Positions 41,609 to 51,873 of a stretch of DNA of 64,000 nucleotides are shown in pieces. The stretch is from Lysobacterales bacterium (GTDB taxonomy: Bacteria > Pseudomonadota > Gammaproteobacteria > Xanthomonadales > Rhodanobacteraceae). Made by a program: the position numbers and the translations under genes. Under the pieces are notes generated by a model, which searched no databases, had not been told where the DNA came from, and saw nothing but the letters and a program-made list of their open reading frames with translations. The stretch is from assembly GCA_016707485.1 (NCBI GenBank), contig JADJHN010000003.1:363770-427769 (forward strand). The letters are read 5' to 3'. Numbering within the stretch: position 1 is the first letter of the stretch; every line of letters begins with the position of its first letter.

Positions 41609-42217
41609 ATGAAGCTCTACTGTCTGCCCGGTGCCTGTTCGCTTGCCGACCACATCGTTCTCGAGTGGATCGGCAAGCCCTACGAAATCAGCGTGGTTCC
41701 GCGCGATCAACTGAAAACCGGTTACCTCAAGATCAACCCGAACGGCGCCGTACCGGCACTCGAAGTCGACGGCTGGGTGCTGACCCAGAACTCGGCGATC
41801 CTGAATTACCTCGCCGATGAAAATCCCGAAAGCGGTCTGGGTGGCGATGGCTCGGCGAAAAGCCGTGCCGAAATCAACCGCTGGCTGGCCTTTGTCAACG
41901 CCGATGTGCATCCGGCATTCAAACCCCTCTTCGGCACCACCGCCTATCTCGAGGATCCCGCGATGATCGAAAAGAGCAAGGATGCGGCGCGCAAGAGCCT
42001 GCGTGGATTGTTCGAAAAGGCCAATGCCCAGCTTGAAGGACGCGACTGGCTGGCGGGAACGCGGTCAATCGCCGATCCGTATCTTTATGTGGTCTTGCGC
42101 TGGGCGCAGGCCTTGAACATCGACCTTTCCGGATTCGACAACCTGGCTGCCTTCAGCAAGCGCATGGAAAGCGATCCAGCCGTCGGCAAGGTACTCAAGG
42201 CCGAAGGCTTGGCCTGA
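41609..42217 (+). CDS. Glutathione S-transferase
   Basis: MKLYCLPGACSLADHIVLE, INPNGAVPAL, LTQNSAILNYL, SIADPYL. Confidence 0.93.
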   Translation: MKLYCLPGACSLADHIVLEWIGKPYEISVVPRDQLKTGYLKINPNGAVPALEVDGWVLTQNSAILNYLADENPESGLGGDGSAKSRAEINRWLAFVNADVHPAFKPLFGTTAYLEDPAMIEKSKDAARKSLRGLFEKANAQLEGRDWLAGTRSIADPYLYVVLRWAQALNIDLSGFDNLAAFSKRMESDPAVGKVLKAEGLA

Positions 42218-42246
42218 GCCGATTCGATCGGCTCCTCCTCACACAC

Positions 42247-42271
42247 GGAGGCCGCGCAATGCGCGGCCTTC
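42247..42271. terminator. Terminator hairpin between gst and prpC
   Basis: ggaggccgcgc-aat-gcgcggccttc followed by tgatttt. Confidence 0.7.
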
Positions 42272-42289
42272 TGATTTTCCGGATCTGCT

Positions 42290-43438
42290 TCAGCGCCTTT
42301 CGATGGGCACGAACTCGAGATCCTCGGGCCCGGTGTAATTCGCACTGGGGCGGATGATCTTGCCGTCGATGCGCTGCTCGATCACGTGCGCGCTCCAGCC
42401 CGCGGTGCGCGCAATGACGAAGAGCGGCGTGAACATCGCCGTCGGCACACCCATCATGTGGTAGCTCACCGCGCTGAACCAGTCGAGGTTCGGGAACATC
42501 TTCTTGATTTCCCACATGGTCGATTCAAGGCGCTCGGCAATGTCGAACATCTTCGTGTTGTCCTGTTCGGCAGACAACTCGCGGGCGACTTCCTTGATCA
42601 CCTTGTTGCGCGGATCGCTGACCGTGTAGACCGGGTGGCCGAAGCCGATCACGACTTCCTTGCGCTCGACGCGCTCGCGGATATCGGCCTCGGCCTCGTC
42701 CGGCGTGTCGTAGCGTTTCTGGATCTCGAAGGCGACTTCGTTGGCGCCGCCGTGCTTCGGGCCGCGCAGGGCACCAATGCCGCCGGCGATGCTCGAATAC
42801 ATGTCGCTGCCGGTGCCGGCAATCACGCGCGAAGCAAAGGTCGACGCGTTGAACTCGTGCTCGGCGTAGAGGATCAGCGAGGTGTGCATGGCTCGCACCC
42901 AGGATGCACTCGGCGACGTGCCATGCAGCAAATGCAGGAAATGTCCGCCGATCGAATCGTCATCGGTCTCGACATCGATGCGCTTGCCGTTGACCGCGAA
43001 GTGATACCAGTACAGCAGGATCGAGCCAAGCGACGCCATCAGCCGATCGGCGATATCGCGCGCGCCAGGATGATTGTGATCGTCCTTCTCGGGCAGCACG
43101 CAACCGAGGATGGAGACCCCCGTGCGCATGACATCCATCGGATGCGCCGAAGCCGGGATCTGCTCAAGTGCGCTCTTCAACGCGGCCGGAATCCCGCGCA
43201 GGGATTTCAGCTTGCTCTTGTAGGCGGCCAGTTCGGCCACGGTCGGCAACTTCCCGTGCACGAGCAGGTGGGCGATTTCCTCGAACTCGCAGGTCGTTGC
43301 GACATCGAGGATGTCATAGCCGCGATAGTGCAGATCGTTGCCGGTCTTGCCGACCGTGCACAGCGCCGTGTTGCCGGCAGCGACTCCGGACAGGGCAACG
43401 GACTTCTTCGGTTTGAACGGGGTCGCTGGTTCGGTCAT
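42290..43438 (-). CDS. prpC: 2-methylcitrate synthase
   Basis: [56 protein letters not shown]. Confidence 0.96.
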   Translation of the reverse strand: MTEPATPFKPKKSVALSGVAAGNTALCTVGKTGNDLHYRGYDILDVATTCEFEEIAHLLVHGKLPTVAELAAYKSKLKSLRGIPAALKSALEQIPASAHPMDVMRTGVSILGCVLPEKDDHNHPGARDIADRLMASLGSILLYWYHFAVNGKRIDVETDDDSIGGHFLHLLHGTSPSASWVRAMHTSLILYAEHEFNASTFASRVIAGTGSDMYSSIAGGIGALRGPKHGGANEVAFEIQKRYDTPDEAEADIRERVERKEVVIGFGHPVYTVSDPRNKVIKEVARELSAEQDNTKMFDIAERLESTMWEIKKMFPNLDWFSAVSYHMMGVPTAMFTPLFVIARTAGWSAHVIEQRIDGKIIRPSANYTGPEDLEFVPIERR

Positions 43439-43494
43439 TTCTTTCTCCGGATCAATGGTTCGTTTCACGGACAACCGAAATTGCCCGCTTGCAC

Positions 43495-44385
43495 TCACTC
43501 GTCCTTGCCAGCCGCAAACAGCGTATCGAGCTTGTCTTCGTAGGCGTGGTAATCGAGATAGTCGTAAAGCTCGGCGCGCGTCTGCATCGTCGGCACAGCC
43601 GCCTTCTGCGTGCCGTCGCGACGCACCGTCTCGTAGAAATTCAGCGCGGCCTTGTTCATCGCGCGATAGGCACCGCAGCAATACAACACGATATCGACGC
43701 CCGCCGCTTTCAATTCGTCGGTGGTGAACAGAGGGGTTTGCCCGAACTCGGTGATGTTGGCGAGGATCGGCACCTTCACCGCATCCTTGAACTGGCGGTA
43801 TTGCTCCAGCGTGTAGATGGCCTCGGGGAAGATCATGTCGGCGCCGGCTTCGACGCAGGCGACCGCACGCTCGATTGCCGCTTCGATGCCTTCCACGGCA
43901 ATCGCATCGGTGCGCGCCATGATGACGAATCCGGGATCGTGGCGCGCATCGACTGCGGCCTTGATCCGATCGACCATTTCGTCCTTCGCGACGATGGCTT
44001 TGCCGGGTCGGTGGCCGCAACGCTTGGCGGCGACCTGATCCTCGATATGCATCGCGCCTGCCCCGGCCTTGATCATCGAACGCACCGTGCGCGCGATGTT
44101 GAATGCGCCACCCCAGCCGGTATCGACATCGACCAGCAGCGGCAGGTCGCAGACATCGGTGATGCGGCGGATGTCGGTCAGCACGTCTTCCATCGAACTG
44201 ATGCCGAGATCGGGCATGCCGAGCGAATTGGCGGCAACGCCGCCACCGGACAGATAGATGGCCTTGAAGCCCGTGCGTTTGGCCATGCGTGCGACATAGG
44301 CGGTGATCGTGCCGACCACCTGCAAAGGCTGCTCCTCGGCGACGGCCGCGCGGAAACGCGCGCCTGCGGATGCGGGCTGGCTCAT
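43495..44385 (-). CDS. prpB: Methylisocitrate lyase
   Basis: [37 protein letters not shown]. Confidence 0.97.
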   Translation of the reverse strand: MSQPASAGARFRAAVAEEQPLQVVGTITAYVARMAKRTGFKAIYLSGGGVAANSLGMPDLGISSMEDVLTDIRRITDVCDLPLLVDVDTGWGGAFNIARTVRSMIKAGAGAMHIEDQVAAKRCGHRPGKAIVAKDEMVDRIKAAVDARHDPGFVIMARTDAIAVEGIEAAIERAVACVEAGADMIFPEAIYTLEQYRQFKDAVKVPILANITEFGQTPLFTTDELKAAGVDIVLYCCGAYRAMNKAALNFYETVRRDGTQKAAVPTMQTRAELYDYLDYHAYEDKLDTLFAAGKDE

Positions 44386-44517
44386 GGGATCTCCCGGAAA
44401 AACGTCGATTTTAGCGCAGACCCGGGCAGGACCGGGGATTGACCTGCAACTGGGCTGCGCGCCTCCTCCGGAAACGAATGCCCGCGCGCTGCGGATGCCC
44501 CGCCGACTGTCGCAGGC

Positions 44518-45738
44518 TCAGGAAGTCGTTTCCAATTCGGACTCATCCCCGCTGCGCCGCCTGGCAAGTCGCAACGTCAGGTAGCCGAGCACGCCGGCCG
44601 CCAGCGATCCACAAAGGATGCCGACCTTGACCTCGCTCTGCAGCACCGGGTTGTCGGCGAATGCAAGCATGCCGATGAACAGGCTCATGGTGAAGCCAAT
44701 GCCGCACAGCATGGCGACGCCGAACATCTGCATCCACGAGGCGTTCTGCGGGAGTCGCGCGATACCGGTTCCGATCGCGATACTGGAAAATCCGAAAACA
44801 CCGATGATCTTGCCGCAGAGCAAGCCAAGGGCGACGCCCAGGGTCAGCGGATCGACCAGGTTGGCCCAAGTCAACCCATCGAACGAAAGCCCGGCATTGG
44901 CGAATCCGAACAGAGGCACAATCAGAAATGGCACCACGCGATTCAACGAGTGTTCGAGCGTGATCAACGGTGGATCGGCGAACTCGTTGTCCATGCGCAA
45001 GGGAATCGTCAAGGCCAGCACAACCCCCGCGACGGTCGCGTGAACACCGGATTTCAGAACCAGGAACCAGAGGATGGCACCGAGCACCAGGTAGGGCGTC
45101 AACCGGCGCACACCGGTCTTGTTCAGCACGACGAGCAAGATCAGCACGGCAGCAGCCAGCAGCAGGTGCAACATCGAAAGCTCGCTGGTGTAGAACAAGG
45201 CAATGATCAGCACCGCGCCCAGGTCGTCGATGATCGCCAGCGCGGCAAGGAACACCTTGATCGAGGTCGGCACGCGCTTGCCAAGCAGGGCAAGCACACC
45301 GAGCGCGAACGCGATGTCGGTGGCGGCCGGGATAGCCCATCCGCGCAAGGCTTCGGGATGATTCCGGTTGAAGGCGACGTAGATCAGTGCGGGCACGATC
45401 ATGCCGCCAAGTGCGCCGATGCCGGGCAACATGCGGCGCGACCAGGAGGACAACTGCCCGACCAGCATCTCGCGCTTTATTTCGAGGCCGACGAAGAGGA
45501 AAAAGATCGCCATCAGGCCATCGTTGATCCAGTGCAGCACGCCGAGACCGCCGAACCGGGCATGCAGGGATTCGAAGTACAGCGGTGCGGCCGGTGAATT
45601 GGCAACGACCAGGGCCAGGGCGGCGGCAGCCATCAAGACAAAGCCACCGGAGGCTTCGCCACGCATGAACTCGGTGACGAGAATCACCGGCTTGCGGATC
45701 AGTGGCGTCCGCAGCGTTGGGGTCTGCTTGGTGGCCAT
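44518..45738 (-). CDS. nhaA: Na+/H+ antiporter NhaA
   Basis: [43 protein letters not shown]. Confidence 0.96.
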   Translation of the reverse strand: MATKQTPTLRTPLIRKPVILVTEFMRGEASGGFVLMAAAALALVVANSPAAPLYFESLHARFGGLGVLHWINDGLMAIFFLFVGLEIKREMLVGQLSSWSRRMLPGIGALGGMIVPALIYVAFNRNHPEALRGWAIPAATDIAFALGVLALLGKRVPTSIKVFLAALAIIDDLGAVLIIALFYTSELSMLHLLLAAAVLILLVVLNKTGVRRLTPYLVLGAILWFLVLKSGVHATVAGVVLALTIPLRMDNEFADPPLITLEHSLNRVVPFLIVPLFGFANAGLSFDGLTWANLVDPLTLGVALGLLCGKIIGVFGFSSIAIGTGIARLPQNASWMQMFGVAMLCGIGFTMSLFIGMLAFADNPVLQSEVKVGILCGSLAAGVLGYLTLRLARRRSGDESELETTS

Positions 45739-45852
45739 GGGGCGACTCCCGGCTTCACGCGGGAAGCATGGACAAGGGCAATGAAGATGACACCGTTCCG
45801 CCTTGACGCCGTTTCAGCGGCGGCAAGGCGAAAACAGGACCAATAGTCCCGC

Positions 45853-46836
45853 TTACTTCACGAAAAGTTGCTCGACGGCGGCACGCTCTTCACGCAATTC
45901 CTTTTCCGTGGCATCGATGCGGGCCTTCGAGAAATCATTGATGTCGAGGCCCTTGACGATCTCGTACTTGCCGTCCTTGATCGTCACTGGATAGCCAAAG
46001 ATCACGCCGGGTTTGACGCCATAGGAGCCATCCGAGGGAATGCCCATCGAGACCCAGTCGCCGTCGGCCGTGCCATGCGTCCAGTCGCGCATGTGGTCGA
46101 TTGCCGCCGAGGCGGCGGAGGCCGCCGAGGAAGCGCCGCGCGCCTTGATGATTGCCGCGCCCCGCTGCTGCACCAGCGGAATGAAGGTATCGGAGTACCA
46201 GGCCTGGTCGACCAGCGACAGCGCCGGCTTGCCTTTCACCGTGGTCTGGTGGATGTCCGGATACTGGGTCGAGCTGTGGTTGCCCCAGATCGTCACCTTG
46301 GCAATATCGGTGTTGAGCGCGCCGGTCTTTTCGGCAAGCTGGCTGATCGCACGGTTGTGGTCGAGGCGCACCATCGCGGTGAAGCGACCGGGGTCGAGAT
46401 CCGGCGCGTTCTGCTGCGCGATCAAGGCATTCGTGTTGGCCGGATTGCCGACCACCAGCACGCGCACATCACGCTTGGCATGGGCGTTGATTGCCTTGCC
46501 CTGCGGCGCAAAAATCGCGCCATTGGCTTCGAGCAGATCCTTGCGCTCCATGCCCGGTCCACGCGGGCGTGCGCCGACCAGCAAGGCGTAATCGACATCC
46601 TTGAAGGCGACATTGGGGTCATCCGTGGCGACCACGCCGTGCAGGGTCGGGAAGGCGCAATCGTTGAGCTCCATGACCACGCCTTCCAGCGCCGGCAGCG
46701 CCGGAGTGATTTCCAGCAGATGCAGGATCACCGGCTGATCGGCACCAAGCATGTCGCCCGCGGCGATGCGGAACAACAATGCATAGCCGATCTGGCCAGC
46801 AGCGCCGGTAACGGCAACACGAACGGGAGCTTTCAT
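45853..46836 (-). CDS. mdh: Malate dehydrogenase
   Basis: [47 protein letters not shown]. Confidence 0.97.
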   Translation of the reverse strand: MKAPVRVAVTGAAGQIGYALLFRIAAGDMLGADQPVILHLLEITPALPALEGVVMELNDCAFPTLHGVVATDDPNVAFKDVDYALLVGARPRGPGMERKDLLEANGAIFAPQGKAINAHAKRDVRVLVVGNPANTNALIAQQNAPDLDPGRFTAMVRLDHNRAISQLAEKTGALNTDIAKVTIWGNHSSTQYPDIHQTTVKGKPALSLVDQAWYSDTFIPLVQQRGAAIIKARGASSAASAASAAIDHMRDWTHGTADGDWVSMGIPSDGSYGVKPGVIFGYPVTIKDGKYEIVKGLDINDFSKARIDATEKELREERAAVEQLFVK

Positions 46837-46865
46837 TGCTTCAACCTCACAAAGTCCGGGGAAAA

Positions 46866-47237
46866 TCAGGGAGTGGAAGAATCGGGAATCAACTTCGCCG
46901 CCAGCAACATGTTGCGCGAGCGATCCGGCGCATAGCCGTGGACGACCTTGTCACCGATCACCAGGATGGGCACGCCACGACCGTTGACCAGGTCGTAGGC
47001 ACGCCAGCCGTCGTCATTCGACTCGACATCGAGATCGACATAGTCGACGCCCCAGGCGGCGAGATCGGCACGCAATTTCTTGCAGTAACCACAGGTCGAG
47101 GTCGACAACAGCACGACCGGCGCATCGCCAATGGCGGCGCGCACCTCGGCGATATCCGCCTGGCTGGTGCAAGCCGCCAGCATGACCAACAGAAAGGCCA
47201 ATCCGGCACCGCGCAACACGGCAATATTCGGCATCAT
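46866..47237 (-). CDS. Glutaredoxin-like lipoprotein
   Basis: Lipobox LAAC, CGYC active site, GRGVPIL; ATGA overlap with the upstream aminotransferase. Confidence 0.75.
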   Translation of the reverse strand: MMPNIAVLRGAGLAFLLVMLAACTSQADIAEVRAAIGDAPVVLLSTSTCGYCKKLRADLAAWGVDYVDLDVESNDDGWRAYDLVNGRGVPILVIGDKVVHGYAPDRSRNMLLAAKLIPDSSTP

Positions 47238-48430
47238 TTCAGCTCGGCAATGAATTCCTGGAAGCGCTGCAAGCCGGGTGCCAACTGCTCGGCCGGGCAG
47301 GTATAGGAAATCCGCAGCGCCAGCGGATCGCCAAACGCACTGCCGGGCACGCAGGCGACACCCTTGGCTTCCAGCAATGCACTGCAGAAATCCACGTCGT
47401 TGCTGATCATCCGGCCGTTGTGCGATTTGCCAAACGCGCAGGAAATGTTCGGGAATGCGTAGAACGCCCCCTGCGGTCGTGGGCAGACCACGCCGGGAAT
47501 CGCGCTCAGCGCGGCATAGACCTGGTCGCGACGCGCGGCAAATTCGGCATTCTTCGACGCCGGCACATCCTGCGGCCCGCTCAGTGCGGCAAGCGCGGCG
47601 GCATTGACGACTTCCGGAATACTGGTGATGTGGTTCGAGTTGAGCGTGACCATGGCATTCGCCACCGCCTCCGGGCCGGCGATGAAACCGACGCGCCAGC
47701 CCGGCATGCCGTAGGTCTTGGAAAGCGAGTCGACCTGGATCACGCGATCACGCAATTCGGGCCGCGCATTGACGAAGTTGTGATAACCGACGCCATCGAA
47801 AACCATGCGGTTGTAGATGTCGTCGCAGATGATCCAGACGTGCGGATGCCTGACCAGCACATCGGCCAGCGCGGCAATCTCCTGCTCGGTGTAGACCATG
47901 CCGGTCGGATTGGACGGATTGTTGAACAGGAACACCTTGGCGCCGGGCAATGCGGCATCGAGCTGGGCCGGCGTCAACTTGTAGTTCTGCTCGGCCGGAC
48001 ACGGCAACAGGCGCGCCTCTGCACCGACTATTTCGGCGAGATCGAGGTAAGTCGTCCAGTACGGCACCGGAAAGACGATGACGTCGCCCTCGTCGAGCAA
48101 GGCTTCGGCAAGGTTGTAGAGCATGTGCTTGGCGCCGATGCCGGTGGCGATGTTGCTGCGCTGGTAGCCGCGCAGGCCGCCTTCTTCCAGATGCGCGATG
48201 AAGGCATCCAGCAGCGCCTCGGGGCCGCGGTTCGAGCCGTACTGGCCGCTGTCCTTGTCCAGTGCCTTGCGCGCCGCCTCATACACATGCGGACCCGGCA
48301 GGAAGTTCGGCACGCCGATCGAAAAACTGATGATGTCGCGACCGGCAGCCTTGAGTTGCTTGGCCTTTTCGGCAATCAGCATGATCGCACTGGGCTTGGC
48401 GCGACTCATGCGCGCAGCAAGATGCGGCAT
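47234..48430 (-). CDS. PLP-dependent class I aminotransferase (aspartate aminotransferase-like)
   Basis: PVPYWTTY, NNPSNPTG, DDIY, SLSKTYGMPGWRVG, GAFYAFP. Confidence 0.92.
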   Translation of the reverse strand: MPHLAARMSRAKPSAIMLIAEKAKQLKAAGRDIISFSIGVPNFLPGPHVYEAARKALDKDSGQYGSNRGPEALLDAFIAHLEEGGLRGYQRSNIATGIGAKHMLYNLAEALLDEGDVIVFPVPYWTTYLDLAEIVGAEARLLPCPAEQNYKLTPAQLDAALPGAKVFLFNNPSNPTGMVYTEQEIAALADVLVRHPHVWIICDDIYNRMVFDGVGYHNFVNARPELRDRVIQVDSLSKTYGMPGWRVGFIAGPEAVANAMVTLNSNHITSIPEVVNAAALAALSGPQDVPASKNAEFAARRDQVYAALSAIPGVVCPRPQGAFYAFPNISCAFGKSHNGRMISNDVDFCSALLEAKGVACVPGSAFGDPLALRISYTCPAEQLAPGLQRFQEFIAELK

Positions 48431-48604
48431 GGAAACCTCTTCGAGAGTCAAGTTGGGAGTGTCTGAAAAAGCGGGTGATTTTAGCACAGCGGCGACCCGG
48501 CCCTGAGCCGACCATGAACAATTGCATCGCCGCGATTGACGATGAATGAATAGCGCTCCTCACTGCGTTACAGTGCGGACTGTTCACCAAGAGCGGAGGT
48601 TTGC

Positions 48605-48871
48605 ATGTCCTGGCTGTGGATGTTCATCGTCGGCCTGCTGGTCGGCATCGTGGCCAAGTTTCTGATGCCGGGCAAAGATCCCGGCGGCTTTTTCCTGACC
48701 GGAATCCTCGGCGTGGCCGGCATGTTTCTGGGTGGCTGGTTGAGCAGCCTGATTTTTGGCACCGCCGCACCGGGCGGTCAGGTCGAACCGGCCGGGTTTA
48801 TCGGCGGGGTGATCGGCGCGGTGATTCTGCTGGCGCTCTATCGGATGTTCACGCGCAAACGCACATCCTGA
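48605..48871 (+). CDS. GlsB/YeaQ/YmgE (transglycosylase-associated) membrane protein
   Basis: IVGLLVGIVAKFLMPGKDPGG, GVIGAVILLALY. Confidence 0.9.
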   Translation: MSWLWMFIVGLLVGIVAKFLMPGKDPGGFFLTGILGVAGMFLGGWLSSLIFGTAAPGGQVEPAGFIGGVIGAVILLALYRMFTRKRTS

Positions 48872-48929
48872 GTACAGGATCGGCAACGGACCACGGAACA
48901 TGGCGTTTCGTGGCCCGTTGCGTCGATGA

Positions 48930-51332
48930 TTGCGCATGGCACTTGTCGAACTCGATTCGCTCATCCCCTTGAATACACCCACCACTCGACGAAGCCGATG
49001 GTTGTGCCGGTTGCGTCGCCTTGCCTTTGCGATGCTCGGCCTGGCGATCGTCGCCCTGATTCTTGACCGCTTGTTCCCGCTGCCGCTGCCTGATCCACAT
49101 CGAGGCAGCACCGTGGTGCTTGCCCGCGACGGGTCGCCACTGCGCGCGTTTGCAGATGCGCAAGGAATCTGGAGCTACCCGGTTGCGCTTGAAGATGTCT
49201 CCCCGCTGTATGTCGAGGCGCTGGTCACTTACGAGGATCGCTGGTTCTGGCATCACCCCGGCATCAATCCGGTTGCGGCGCTGCGCGCGCTCGGGCAGTT
49301 GATCGGGAATGGTCGCATCGTCTCGGGTGGCTCGACGCTGACCATGCAGGTCGCGCGCATCCTTGAACCGCATTCGCGCAGTTTCGCCGGCAAGCTGCGG
49401 CAGAGTCTGCGTGCCGTGCAACTTGAAGCGCATCTGTCCAAGCGCGAGATCCTCGAACTCTATCTCGACAACGCGCCGTTTGGCGGCACCTTGCAAGGGG
49501 TCGAGGCAGCTTCCTGGGCCTATCTCGGACACTCCTCGAAACAGCTTTCGCATGCCGAGGCAGCCCTGCTCGCCGTGCTGCCGCAGGCACCAAGCCGCTT
49601 GCGGCCGGATCGCGAAGCCACAGCGGCGCGTGCGGCGCGCGACAAGGTGCTTGAACGCCTGGCCACCCTCAAAGTGTGGACGCCAGCCGCAGTGCAGGAT
49701 GCGCGCGTCGAAGCCGTCATCGCGCGCACCCTGCAAGCCCCGCTCAGTGCCGCCCTGCTTGCGCGTCGCCTGCACCACGATCATCCCCGGCAGCGTCGCA
49801 TCGCGACGACCATCGATATCGAATTGCAGCGCAGCGTGCAGGATCGCGTCAGCAGCTATCTGGAACGGCTTCCCGAGCGCACTTCGGCCGCCCTGCTGGT
49901 CGTCGACAACAAGGATCTGAGCGCCTTGGCCTATGTCGGCTCGGCATTGTTTGGCGACGAGGCGCGGCTCGGTCATGTCGACATGGTGCGTGCCTGGCGC
50001 TCGCCCGGATCAACGCTGAAGCCTTTCCTGTACGGACTCGCCCTTGACGATGGCCTGATCCATTCCGAAAGCCTGCTGGTCGATGCGCCGCAAACCTTTG
50101 GCGACTATCGCCCGGGCAACTTCGACAGCGCCTTCAACGGCCCGGTCGGTGCCGCGGAAGCGCTGCGCCTGTCGCTCAACGTGCCGGCGGTCGACCTGCT
50201 CGATCGCGTCGGCGCGGCACGCTTCACTGCACGGCTGGCCAATACCGGCCTGCAACTGCGCCTGCCGCGCGGCGTCGAGCCGAATCTCTCGATCATCCTC
50301 GGCGGCGTCGGCGCGCGCATGCAGGATCTGGCCGGTGCCTATGCCGCGCTCAATCGCAACGGCATCGGCGGCAGCGTCCGCTACACGGCGGATGATCCGC
50401 TGATCGAGCGTCGCGTCATGTCTGCAGGCGCGGCCTGGATCGTGCGCGAAATCCTCGAAGCCAATCCGCGACCGGGCTACCGGCCTGGCACCTTCGATAC
50501 CGGTTCACGCCCGCGGGTCGCCTGGAAAACCGGCACCAGTTACGGATATCGCGATGCCTGGGCGATTGGTGGCACAAACCAGTACACGGTCGCGGTATGG
50601 ATCGGCCGACCCGATGGGACCCCTCTGCCCGGCCAGTACGGCGCGGTGACTGCATTGCCCTTGCTGTTCCAGGTGGTCGACAGCCTGCCGCGGACGGTGC
50701 TGGCCTCGGTTGCGCAAGCGCCACCGGAAAGCGTCGGGGAAATCGAGATCTGCTGGCCGCTCGGTCTCGCCTTCGATGAGGGCAGGGCCGAACAATGCCA
50801 GCAGAAGCACACGGCATGGACACTCGATGGCGTGGTGCCACCGACCTTTGCCGAACGTGATGCCCGCACCTGGAGCGCGGGACTCGTGCATGTGCGCATC
50901 GATGCACGCAGCGGACAGCGCCTGAGTCCCGGATGCGCGGCAACGGCGGTCAAGGAGATCGACATCCTGCGCTGGCCAGCACTCGCCTACCCCTGGCTGT
51001 CACAGGCACAACGCAAGCAATCCAGTCTTCCACCTCTGGCCGCGCAGTGTGCCGCAGACGGGCTTGAGTCGAGCCAGGAGCTGCGCATCGATGGAATCGC
51101 CGATCATTCCAGCATCGCCCGCGCGCCAAACAGCGACAAACCCGCCATTGTCCGCTTGCGCGCACTGGGGACGACCGGCGCGGTCGCCTGGCTGGTCAAT
51201 GGTCGCCTTGAAGCGACCACGGAGAGCACGCAAACCTGGGAATACGCCTTTGCCGAAACCGGAGAGCAGACCATCACCGCGATGACCGACGCCGGTCGCT
51301 GGGCGCAGGTGCGCATTCGTGTATTGCGCTGA
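48930..51332 (+). CDS. pbpC: Penicillin-binding protein 1C
   Basis: YEDRWFWHHPGIN, SGGSTLTMQVAR, RSPGSTLKPF, SLNVP, WKTGTS, BiPBP_C tail. Confidence 0.95.
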   Translation: MRMALVELDSLIPLNTPTTRRSRWLCRLRRLAFAMLGLAIVALILDRLFPLPLPDPHRGSTVVLARDGSPLRAFADAQGIWSYPVALEDVSPLYVEALVTYEDRWFWHHPGINPVAALRALGQLIGNGRIVSGGSTLTMQVARILEPHSRSFAGKLRQSLRAVQLEAHLSKREILELYLDNAPFGGTLQGVEAASWAYLGHSSKQLSHAEAALLAVLPQAPSRLRPDREATAARAARDKVLERLATLKVWTPAAVQDARVEAVIARTLQAPLSAALLARRLHHDHPRQRRIATTIDIELQRSVQDRVSSYLERLPERTSAALLVVDNKDLSALAYVGSALFGDEARLGHVDMVRAWRSPGSTLKPFLYGLALDDGLIHSESLLVDAPQTFGDYRPGNFDSAFNGPVGAAEALRLSLNVPAVDLLDRVGAARFTARLANTGLQLRLPRGVEPNLSIILGGVGARMQDLAGAYAALNRNGIGGSVRYTADDPLIERRVMSAGAAWIVREILEANPRPGYRPGTFDTGSRPRVAWKTGTSYGYRDAWAIGGTNQYTVAVWIGRPDGTPLPGQYGAVTALPLLFQVVDSLPRTVLASVAQAPPESVGEIEICWPLGLAFDEGRAEQCQQKHTAWTLDGVVPPTFAERDARTWSAGLVHVRIDARSGQRLSPGCAATAVKEIDILRWPALAYPWLSQAQRKQSSLPPLAAQCAADGLESSQELRIDGIADHSSIARAPNSDKPAIVRLRALGTTGAVAWLVNGRLEATTESTQTWEYAFAETGEQTITAMTDAGRWAQVRIRVLR

Positions 51333-51390
51333 GCGGCCGCAGCAGGCGCCCTGCCCGCGTAGAATCCAGGATTCGCCCCCGGAGCCTGCC

Positions 51391-51873
51391 ATGCCTTCAT
51401 TCGACATTGTTTCCAAACTCGATTCGCACGAACTGACCAACGCGGTCGACCAGGCCAGCCGCGAACTCGACAAGCGATTCGACTTCAAGGGCAGCGGCGC
51501 GAGTTTCGAGCTCAATGACGGTGTCGTCGTGCTGAAGGCAGATGCCGAGTTCCGCCTCAAGCAGATGCAGGACATCTTGCTGCAGCGCCTCAGCGCACGC
51601 GGCATCGATGTGCGCTGCGTCGATATCGCCGATGCCGAGGTCAATCTCGCCAGCGCACGCCAGAATGTCACCCTCAGGCAAGGCATCGAACAGGCACTGG
51701 CGAAGAAGATCATCAAGCTGATCAAGGATTCCGGCAGCAAGGTGCAGGCGCAGATCCAGGGCGACCAGCTCCGCGTCACCGGCAAGAAGCGCGACGAGCT
51801 GCAGGACACGATCGCCCTGCTGCGCAAGAGCGAACTTGAAATGCCGCTGCAGTTCGAGAACTTCCGCGACTAG
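51391..51873 (+). CDS. yajQ: YajQ nucleotide/c-di-GMP-binding protein
   Basis: MPSFDIVSK, RFDFKGS, QIQGDQLRVTGKKRDELQ, LQFENFRD. Confidence 0.96.
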   Translation: MPSFDIVSKLDSHELTNAVDQASRELDKRFDFKGSGASFELNDGVVVLKADAEFRLKQMQDILLQRLSARGIDVRCVDIADAEVNLASARQNVTLRQGIEQALAKKIIKLIKDSGSKVQAQIQGDQLRVTGKKRDELQDTIALLRKSELEMPLQFENFRD

